DNA from: a virus
Lineage: Duplodnaviria > Caudoviricetes
Virus record (IMG/VR): IMGVR_UViG_3300037790_000129
Coordinates: 3,502-67,501 of that record
Strand: one strand, 5' to 3'
Length of the DNA: 64,000 nt
Below the pieces are notes generated by a model, which saw only the letters and a list, made by a program, of their open reading frames with translations, made no database searches and was not told where the DNA came from. Below, piece after piece: positions 9,581-16,220 of the stretch (position 1 is its first letter; each line of letters starts with the position of its first letter). The translations under genes and the position numbers were made by a program.

Positions 9581-9716
9581 AATTTCCGAGTATTAAATTT
9601 TAGTTCTACTATCCTAGTTTGTATGGATGTTTACTAATTGGTAAATATAGTGAATTTTGCCTTGTGTTTTGTGAGGTTTGAAGTTATCGCCCCTCAATCC
9701 AAAACACAACTTTATT

Positions 9717-9965
9717 TTATAGGTTTTTAAGTAATATTATTAAGTCCTCTAAACTCTCGTTAAAGACGCTTTGATATAACCCTCTTTCGTCTATAAAGGT
9801 TAACTCATCGTTTACTATTACTAATTCAACTTTATCGCTTAAACTTACTTTAATGGCTTTATTGTTGATATAGTTAGATTCGTACTTGCTTTGATTTACT
9901 TTTGATTTAAGTTCGTTTAAAACTCGCATCTCTAGATCTCTGTATTGCTTTAAAAAGTTTTCCAT
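9717..9965 (-). CDS. Hypothetical protein
   Basis: 82-aa ORF. Confidence 0.55.
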   Translation of the reverse strand: MENFLKQYRDLEMRVLNELKSKVNQSKYESNYINNKAIKVSLSDKVELVIVNDELTFIDERGLYQSVFNESLEDLIILLKNL

Positions 9966-9967
9966 TT

Positions 9968-10285
9968 TTATAGGTTTTTAATGATGTTGCAAATATCTCT
10001 GTATGTTGCTTGTCCGCTTCCGCTCATCCTTTGGGCATCGAATCCAAGTTCAAAAATCAATTCTTTTAATTTTTCAAGATTGATGTTTTTAGGTAGTTGT
10101 ACGCCTAAATCAATTTGCGGTTCTTCATCATCTAATTGGCTGCTTGAAATTATATTTAAATTTTCAAGTGCTATATCGTTGTAATCTCCATCTTCTTCGC
10201 TTCCATCATTCGGGATTAAAAAGAAGTTTAGTTCTGTATCTTCGGGCGCTATCTCTAGCATTTTATTAAATTCTTTTAGTTTCAT
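9968..10285 (-). CDS. Acidic hypothetical protein
   Basis: 105-aa ORF preceded by AATCCATACAC. Confidence 0.6.
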   Translation of the reverse strand: MKLKEFNKMLEIAPEDTELNFFLIPNDGSEEDGDYNDIALENLNIISSSQLDDEEPQIDLGVQLPKNINLEKLKELIFELGFDAQRMSGSGQATYRDICNIIKNL

Positions 10286-10381
10286 CGTGTATGGATTTAT
10301 ATTTATACTACCTCAAGGCGTATTTAAACGCCCTGAACGCTCCAAGCTTAAAGCCTTTTTATACTCGCTTGGTCGAGTTGG

Positions 10382-10600
10382 TTAAATTAAAGACCATATT
10401 AAATCTTCCTCATCTACGCCTGAATTTAGGGCAATGTCTGAAATATCACTACTTCTAAAATTATCGCTGCCTAGTGCATCCCAAGCCATTTCGTTTGCTC
10501 GGCTTAGGTTTTCTTCGTACTGCTTTTTTTCTTCTCTAATTTCTTTTAAAACTTGGTCGCTAATTTTTTTAGCTTCTTCCCAATTAATAACTTGTTGCAT
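10382..10600 (-). CDS. Hypothetical protein (acidic C-terminus)
   Basis: Likely start MQQVINW at 10600; the track start at 10630 lies in a hairpin. Confidence 0.55.
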   Translation of the reverse strand: MQQVINWEEAKKISDQVLKEIREEKKQYEENLSRANEMAWDALGSDNFRSSDISDIALNSGVDEEDLIWSLI

Positions 10601-10671
10601 AATTTTTCTAAATTTTAAAGCCGTTAACATTACGCTAACGGCTTGGTGATGGTTTTAAATTTGATAGTGAT

Positions 10672-11973
10672 TTATAGGTTTAAAGCTGCCTTTACTTCTT
10701 CTGTTTTTGCTTTCGGGAATATCCATCCCGCTCCGCATTTTAACCTAAAATTAAACCTACCGCCTAAGCTTTTAAGCGTGTCTTTAAGTGGCTTTGTTTC
10801 GCCTATTACTGCAATCGCTTTATCGCTATACTCTACCAGTTCAATATTTAAATCTTCGTTTGTGCTTTCTGTGATGGTTGTTTTTTCTTCTTCATTAGGT
10901 ATAAAGCATAAGCCATTAGCTGCAGCAATATATATCTCCTCCCTATTTTCTTTTTTGGTGAGGTCAAAATATTTAAGCTTAGTAACTTTAAAGCCAAACC
11001 ATTGCTCCGTTCCTAAAAAATAGTTAGGCAAATAACTATGTCCTGAATTGTACTCGGTTACTTCCTCGTATTTGTTGTCCGTGTTGTTGTCTGCTCTTTC
11101 GGGGAAATCTTTTGTGTGTTCAAAATTTAACGCTGCTTTTCTTAACTCTTGCATGTTGTTTCTGTCGTTACGGCTGAACGCTAAAAATATCCTTTGGCTT
11201 ACGCTTGTGCTGAAATAATCTGTCATGCTGTCGCTGTCGTTTTGGTAGTTATCCGCTACGATTACGCATTTTGCCCAATCGGGTATATTTATTAATTTTT
11301 TCCCCTCTTCGATTTTGCCTTGCCTTGCTTGAGCCTTTAAAATTTGCTCGCTTTCCTCCCGTTGCTGCTCTTGTTTTTTCTTCTGCTTAGCTTCTATTAC
11401 TAGATTGTTTAAGTCGTCTTGTGAGCCTTCAAAATTAAAATCAGGTTCAAAGTATATGCCGATCCCAAACTTTTCACTAAATGGCTTTGGCGTGTCCTCT
11501 CTTTCTAGTTCTAAGGTGTCTTTTTCAACGGTCAAATATTTTGTTCCCCATTCGGTTTGCTCAATCTCGTAAACTATTCGATTATTGCCTTTGGTTCCTT
11601 TGGTTTCTCCGTAGCCATCTAAAAATAAAATGGTGCCTATTTTTGGTCCATCTGTTTTGGCTTTGTTCTCGGGTAGTTCTCCGCTTTCTTTTAGTCTGTC
11701 AAATTCGGCTAATGCTTTTACATGTTGTTCTTTTACGGTGTTTTCTGTCGCTCTCTTTTTTTCGCTTATTAATGTGATTGATGGACTTGTAAACATTCCA
11801 AAGGTAAACCCGCCATTTGGTAATAATTCGCCCGCTTGTGCCGTTGTTTGTAGTTTTCCATTACTTCTTTTCATCGTGCAAATTTTCCAGTCATAGCCGT
11901 TAAATTTCTCAATGCTTTCAAGTTCCCAACCTCCGCGAAATGATTTACTAGGATTCAAATTTAAAGTTTTCAT
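10672..11973 (-). CDS. Multidomain, polyvalent-protein-like early protein
   Basis: Internal DSDSMTDYF motif (LPD-type) and C-terminal YSDKAIAVIGETKPLKDTLKSLGGRFN..L.CG.GWIF module; preceded by AATCCATACAC. Confidence 0.6.
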   Translation of the reverse strand: MKTLNLNPSKSFRGGWELESIEKFNGYDWKICTMKRSNGKLQTTAQAGELLPNGGFTFGMFTSPSITLISEKKRATENTVKEQHVKALAEFDRLKESGELPENKAKTDGPKIGTILFLDGYGETKGTKGNNRIVYEIEQTEWGTKYLTVEKDTLELEREDTPKPFSEKFGIGIYFEPDFNFEGSQDDLNNLVIEAKQKKKQEQQREESEQILKAQARQGKIEEGKKLINIPDWAKCVIVADNYQNDSDSMTDYFSTSVSQRIFLAFSRNDRNNMQELRKAALNFEHTKDFPERADNNTDNKYEEVTEYNSGHSYLPNYFLGTEQWFGFKVTKLKYFDLTKKENREEIYIAAANGLCFIPNEEEKTTITESTNEDLNIELVEYSDKAIAVIGETKPLKDTLKSLGGRFNFRLKCGAGWIFPKAKTEEVKAALNL

Positions 11974-12042
11974 GTGTGTATGGATTTTATTTGTTAACCT
12001 CCGCCCAATTAAGGCGGAACGCTTGCAGCTTAATAACCTTTT

Positions 12043-12237
12043 TTAAGTCGCTGCATCGACTTTGTTTAACTCTTTCAACTGCTCGGGGAACTCAACGCCT
12101 TGAGTGTTAAAAGCTTCTCTAGTGTCTGCCGTTACTTTCCCGTATATTTTTAAATCTGTTTCAACAAAAAATAAAAGTGTTTCGTTTATCTCTTGCTTTA
12201 ACTCCTGAAGTATTTTTAATTTCTTGCTTTGCTGCAT
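12043..12237 (-). CDS. Hypothetical protein
   Basis: 64-aa ORF coupled to the upstream gene. Confidence 0.55.
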   Translation of the reverse strand: MQQSKKLKILQELKQEINETLLFFVETDLKIYGKVTADTREAFNTQGVEFPEQLKELNKVDAAT

Positions 12238-12587
12238 TATTTCCAGATTTTTATAGGTTGCCTTTTATTGCCTTTCAATAATTCGTTTAACGCTTCATCT
12301 ATTGAAGTAGTAATTTTATACACGTGCAGTTCGTTTTTATTTTTTCCTGCTTGGTACTCTGATACCTCGAAAAAATTATCTTTAGGATTTCCAAAATAAT
12401 TTAACATTAGACCATCAAAAAAATCTTTTCGTTTTCCGTTGGTCTTGTCTGTGGATGGTTCGAAAATAAAATCTTTGCCTAGCTTACTGGCGGTGCCATC
12501 CATCCCTTTGGATTGAAAAAAATAAATACATTTGTTTTTAAACTCTTCAAAAGTTGTTTTTTGCTCTAGGTCTAAAATCGTTTGCAT
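12237..12587 (-). CDS. Hypothetical protein
   Basis: 116-aa ORF preceded by AATTTAAAACCATCACC. Confidence 0.6.
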   Translation of the reverse strand: MQTILDLEQKTTFEEFKNKCIYFFQSKGMDGTASKLGKDFIFEPSTDKTNGKRKDFFDGLMLNYFGNPKDNFFEVSEYQAGKNKNELHVYKITTSIDEALNELLKGNKRQPIKIWK

Positions 12588-12612
12588 GGTGATGGTTTTA
12601 AATTAATGTTTG

Positions 12613-12792
12613 TTAGTCTAAATATATTTCAGGTTGTGAGCTATAAAAACAATTATATAATGTGGTAAAATCTTTTTTAGATTCAACGGCTAAAGCTTTT
12701 AATTTCTCTAAAACTTCATCAAATTTTGTCTTATCCGTTAAGAACTCTTTTTTTAATGAATTAATCTTAATTATTATTTCTTTTGTACTCAT
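12613..12792 (-). CDS. First ORF of the early operon (59 aa, not in ORF track)
   Basis: Manual translation MSTKEIIIKINSLKKEFLTDK...IYLD; preceded by AATCCATACAT. Confidence 0.55.
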   Translation of the reverse strand: MSTKEIIIKINSLKKEFLTDKTKFDEVLEKLKALAVESKKDFTTLYNCFYSSQPEIYLD

Positions 12793-13145
12793 AATGTATG
12801 GATTAATATTTGTTGATACCTCGAAAGGTTGCGAACCTTTGCCGTTAACTCTGTTTTAGTGTATGAATTAAGGTGAACCCGCTATACTTGGCACGAGGTA
12901 ATTATCTTTTTTATAGTTGTATTAATCCGCCCAACTTTGGCGGGGTGCGTATCTTTTTAAATATATTATCGCTCTACATTTCACAAATTAAACGGGATTT
13001 CCACCCGATTAAATAAGCTGCCTTAATAGCTGCCTAAATAACTAATTGAAGCGGTAGCGTTATTTTATATTTATACTCAATACGCTTATGGCTGTGCGGA
13101 ATCCGTCCGACCTTAAAGCCGTTGCGGTAATTCCTACCATATACA

Positions 13146-13163
13146 CAATATTTCAATGAACTT
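13146..13163 (-). promoter_or_regulatory. boxA-like antitermination element in the early leader
   Basis: AAGTTCATTGAAATATTG about 35 nt downstream of the promoter, between a small hairpin and TGTGT. Confidence 0.45.
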
Positions 13164-13201
13164 AAAAAACTTGGCTAAAATTAGCGGCCGTTTTGTGATT
13201 A

Positions 13202-13233
13202 CAAATATATAACAATATTGTAATAAAATGCAA
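13202..13233 (-). promoter_or_regulatory. Leftward Bacteroidota sigma70-type promoter (early operon)
   Basis: TTG-N21-TATATTTG fits the TTTG/TTG...TAnnTTTG consensus. Confidence 0.7.
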
Positions 13234-14241
13234 CAATAATGTAAAAAAATTATAACAGAAAAAACGCAAATAACTCCTAAAGATAGTAAATACAAGGCTT
13301 TACAAAGTATGTTAAAATTTTGTTAGAGGTTAAAAAAATACAATATCAATGCAACAAAATTGTAATTTATACCAAAACTCAAGAACTTAAAGCAGTCACG
13401 AAAACAAACTAATAATAACAACCAAGCAGCAACCCAAACCAAGCAAGGCAATAAGCTAAAGCAATTAAACATAAAAGAATAATAAATAAAGTTTATTGTA
13501 AATTGGTTAGAATGGAGGGAGGCTGTAAGCAAGCCAAGCACCTAAGCGAAGTAATTTTTTAAAGTCGATCAACAACTAAAAAAAACGGGTTCGAATCTAT
13601 AAAGGATTACACAACAAGCTAATAAAATACTGACAGTCAACCAGTTACAAAGTTAATATAGTTATTTTAAGCAATATTTTACCAGCAAATAGCCGTCCTA
13701 AAAAATCAACCCTAAAAAAACCAGTACTAAGCAAGCGAGTAAAAATAAAAACGAGTTAACACCAATCAAAAAGCTAAAAAATTTGATTGAACCCGGATAA
13801 ACAACACCCCATACCAATAAAAAAAACGATTTCGGAACTGGGCGCACCCGCCCGCATACTAGGTATCCGCCCCCACACTACGCACATACAACACATTTTT
13901 TTTCTATGGATAGATATATTCACACTAAACCATTAGTCCATTAGGGCCTATTCTATTGAACAACTAAGCGATGCGATTATGTTGTAATAATGATATAAAT
14001 TATTCGTGCTGATATAAAAACTCTATGGGTAAATGATTTTTAAGATTAAGTGTTTGGATTAGATTTTAAGTAACTCATTACGTTTAATGATTATATAGCC
14101 TTTTATTTTCATTAAGGATTGATTATCAAACAATTACTAAAAAGTTAGTGCATACCACGGGAATAATTAGTTCCCACCACGTACATTAACTGTTAACATA
14201 ATTTTAACATAAGGCAACAATCGACTAACAAATAAATAATG

Positions 14242-14249
14242 TAAGTTTG
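14242..14249 (+). promoter_or_regulatory. Rightward promoter -7 element
   Basis: TAAGTTTG 30 nt upstream of the first rightward ATG; -33 element poor. Confidence 0.6.
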
Positions 14250-14250
14250 T

Positions 14251-14280
14251 TGTAATTAAAGTGTAATTAAAATGTAATTA
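14251..14280 (+). repeat. Three tandem 11-bp direct repeats TGTAATTAAAR
   Basis: tgtaattaaa-g-tgtaattaaa-a-tgtaatta(tg); overlaps the predicted TSS and start codon. Confidence 0.85.
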
Positions 14281-14477
14281 TGAAAGGTAATAAAAGAGAT
14301 TTCAGTATTGCTCCCAAGAGTAAAGCTTCATTAAATGAAGGCCCTAAGATGCTACAACAACAAGTTAGAGTTCTTTCTTTAGATAGAGCCATACAAGCTC
14401 ACGCTACGGATAAAGAAATTAATATTGTTGAATTAGCTAAGGAGATTGAGGAGTATGTGAATAGGCCTTTTGAATAG
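14280..14477 (+). CDS. Hypothetical protein
   Basis: 65-aa ORF after the promoter. Confidence 0.55.
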   Translation: MKGNKRDFSIAPKSKASLNEGPKMLQQQVRVLSLDRAIQAHATDKEINIVELAKEIEEYVNRPFE

Positions 14478-14504
14478 TATTTAATTATTTAAAGATTGAT
14501 AAAT

Positions 14505-14576
14505 AGCGAGGTAGAGCAGAGGTAGCTCGGAAGGCTCATATCCTTCAGGTCGTTGGTTCGAATCCAACTCTCGCTT
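14505..14576 (+). tRNA. tRNA with CAT anticodon (Met; initiator-like body with atypical determinants)
   Basis: Acceptor AGCGAGG/TCTCGCT, D arm GAGC/GCTC, anticodon arm GAAGG-CTCATAT-CCTTC, T arm GTTGG-TTCGAAT-CCAAC; CCA not encoded. Confidence 0.9.
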
Positions 14577-14622
14577 CAGAAATCCAATCGTGAGGGTAGC
14601 TCCCATAGCGTAAAGGGTTGAA

Positions 14623-14694
14623 GCCTTACTAGCTCAATTGGTTAGAGCGTCTGGATTAACTAGGAGGTTCAAGGTTCAAATCCTTGGTAAGGTT
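14623..14694 (+). tRNA. tRNA-like gene with a shortened (5-nt) anticodon loop; pseudo-tRNA or mimic, Asn-like
   Basis: Acceptor GCCTTAC/GTAAGGT, D arm GCTC/GAGC, T arm CAAGG-TTCAAAT-CCTTG, but anticodon arm TCTGG-ATTAA-CTAGG. Confidence 0.7.
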
Positions 14695-14805
14695 CAAATT
14701 TAGAGAGGATCGAAAGCCATAGGCTTGGCATAGAAGCTGTCATTTGGTGAGTAGTAGCAAAGTAGATTCAAAGCAGGAATTATGCGCCTGTTTAGTTATT
14801 TGGAT

Positions 14806-14907
14806 ATGAAGCTAGTTATTATCGTATTGGTAGTTTTTATAATAGTTGCAGGATTACGTTTTGTATGGAATATCCTTAACGAGCTTATTCACGAAAACAG
14901 ATATTAA
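14806..14907 (+). CDS. Small single-TM peptide (33 aa, not in ORF track)
   Basis: MKLVIIVLVVFIIVAGLRFVWNILNELIHENRY; ends 1 nt before the next ATG. Confidence 0.45.
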   Translation: MKLVIIVLVVFIIVAGLRFVWNILNELIHENRY

Positions 14908-14908
14908 T

Positions 14909-15232
14909 ATGAATGAAATACAGTTTCACAATCCGGACCAGGTTCAAAATGTTAGGCAGAAGCAGCAAGAGAGCAAGGAAAAAATAATAGGTCGCATCTT
15001 ACCAAAAAAGGGCCACACGCTATGGGAAATAAATATGCGTGAAGAAACCATTACCAAGGCAGAATTTAAAGATGAATACATTGAGGTTATAAATGCAGAA
15101 ACCAAGCGTTTTGTAAAAAGGAGAAAGCTTATTCATAAACCCCATTGCTGTTATGTTTCTTGCTTGAGGAAAAAGAATATTCCTAAACATCTAAAAAGAA
15201 CCTATGGTATAGAGATCGAGTTGAATGAGTAA
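14909..15232 (+). CDS. Hypothetical phage protein
   Basis: Likely start MNEIQF at 14909; GRILPKKGHTLWEIN pattern. Confidence 0.6.
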   Translation: MNEIQFHNPDQVQNVRQKQQESKEKIIGRILPKKGHTLWEINMREETITKAEFKDEYIEVINAETKRFVKRRKLIHKPHCCYVSCLRKKNIPKHLKRTYGIEIELNE

Positions 15233-15404
15233 AAAAACCACACCAAAAAAATGGAGGTGGTCTTGTGCCGGTAAGGTAAAGCATAAGGTTAAATTATCGG
15301 CTGATTACATTTTGGAAAATAGCAGAATGTATCGAACGCATAAAGTCTATAAATGTAAATTCTGTGGTAATTACCACATAGGAAGAAAAATTAAAAAAAG
15401 ATAA
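15225..15404 (+). CDS. Small basic zinc-finger-like protein (59 aa, not in ORF track)
   Basis: Manual translation ...SCAGKVKH...VYKCKFCGNYHIGRK; overlaps both neighbours. Confidence 0.6.
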   Translation: MSKKTTPKKWRWSCAGKVKHKVKLSADYILENSRMYRTHKVYKCKFCGNYHIGRKIKKR

Positions 15405-15661
15405 TGGTTAAAATTTTAATTGTACTGGTGATCTACTCAATCCTTAAAGACGTGCCAAAACTTATAAGTGTATTTAAGTTGGACTATAAGGATTATATGG
15501 ATAAAAAGATTAAAAAATACAAGCTATTAAAAGAGCGTATTTCTAACAAATCTACCATTAAAGAAGAAAATAAAAATACTGTAGTGAGAGTCGTGGCTGT
15601 AATTATAGTTATGACTAAGATTTCAATTTTACTAACCCTTATATTTAAAACGAATGGATAA
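15404..15661 (+). CDS. Hypothetical membrane protein
   Basis: Hydrophobic N- and C-terminal segments. Confidence 0.5.
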   Translation: MVKILIVLVIYSILKDVPKLISVFKLDYKDYMDKKIKKYKLLKERISNKSTIKEENKNTVVRVVAVIIVMTKISILLTLIFKTNG

Positions 15662-15974
15662 GCATACTTATAATATAGGAGCTGCAATGCAAGCCTTGGA
15701 AGAAGGTAAGCGCGTAAGACGATTGGCTTGGCCGTCAGAGATGGTTTTTGTTTTTAGACAAGTTCCGGCTAAAATCAACAAAAAGATTTTACCTAAAATG
15801 AATAGCTTACCGCCATCGGTGAAAGCTTATTTTAAAGAGAAATTTGAAACTTCAGAACAAGATTTTTTCTACTACAAAAATCAAATCGCGTTGGTGAAAC
15901 CAGACAATCAAATTACCGGTTATTCACCTACTATGGAAGATTTATTATCAGAAGATTGGTTAATACTTGATTAA
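15654..15974 (+). CDS. DUF2829 / Tad2-like (Thoeris anti-defence 2 family) protein
   Basis: A..AL.EGKRVRR.AW...FVF.QVP...Y.NQIA.V....ITGYSP...DLLSEDW family pattern. Confidence 0.8.
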   Translation: MDKHTYNIGAAMQALEEGKRVRRLAWPSEMVFVFRQVPAKINKKILPKMNSLPPSVKAYFKEKFETSEQDFFYYKNQIALVKPDNQITGYSPTMEDLLSEDWLILD

Positions 15975-16219
15975 TGAAAAGATCTGAATTAAAATTAGGT
16001 AGTATTTATAAGTGCCAATTTTCGGGGTTTAAGATGATTATCTCTAGGATAGAAAAAGATAAAACCCAAGAAGGAAAAGAAACGCTAGTTGTTTTTGGTA
16101 GATACTTCAACAATGTTACCGGCAAGTTCGAAGAAACCTATATTAACGATGGCCAACTGGGTTTAACTAGCGAACACATTAAAGAGCAAAAAAGGAAAAA
16201 GTACCGAAAAAACTTATAA
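15974..16219 (+). CDS. Hypothetical protein
   Basis: 81-aa ORF, translationally coupled. Confidence 0.55.
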   Translation: MKRSELKLGSIYKCQFSGFKMIISRIEKDKTQEGKETLVVFGRYFNNVTGKFEETYINDGQLGLTSEHIKEQKRKKYRKNL

Positions 16220-16220
16220 A

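Noticed and set aside
9661-9710. 50-nt element reading GTTGTG...TTGAGGGGCGATAAC on the minus strand, superficially like Bacteroidota Cas13b/II-C CRISPR repeats (possible solitary repeat or Racr)
   Set aside because: Single copy with no spacers. The pairing register differs from such repeats, and the sister elements conserve only the loop. Kept as a hairpin family; a CRISPR-repeat database comparison would settle it.
13323-13541. 72-aa ORF in the control region
   Set aside because: TTG start, composition simply mirrors the A-rich skew, no operon context.
14623-14694. UUA-anticodon suppressor implying genome-wide stop-codon reassignment
   Set aside because: Genes are full length and mostly end in TAA under code 11; there is no ORF fragmentation.
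14577-14800. Self-cleaving ribozyme (theta/HDV-like, hammerhead) or GOLLD-type RNA around the tRNAs
   Set aside because: Small hairpins exist (GGG-TAGCT-CCC, AAGCC-ATA-GGCTT), but I could not match any catalytic core and the space is too short for GOLLD.
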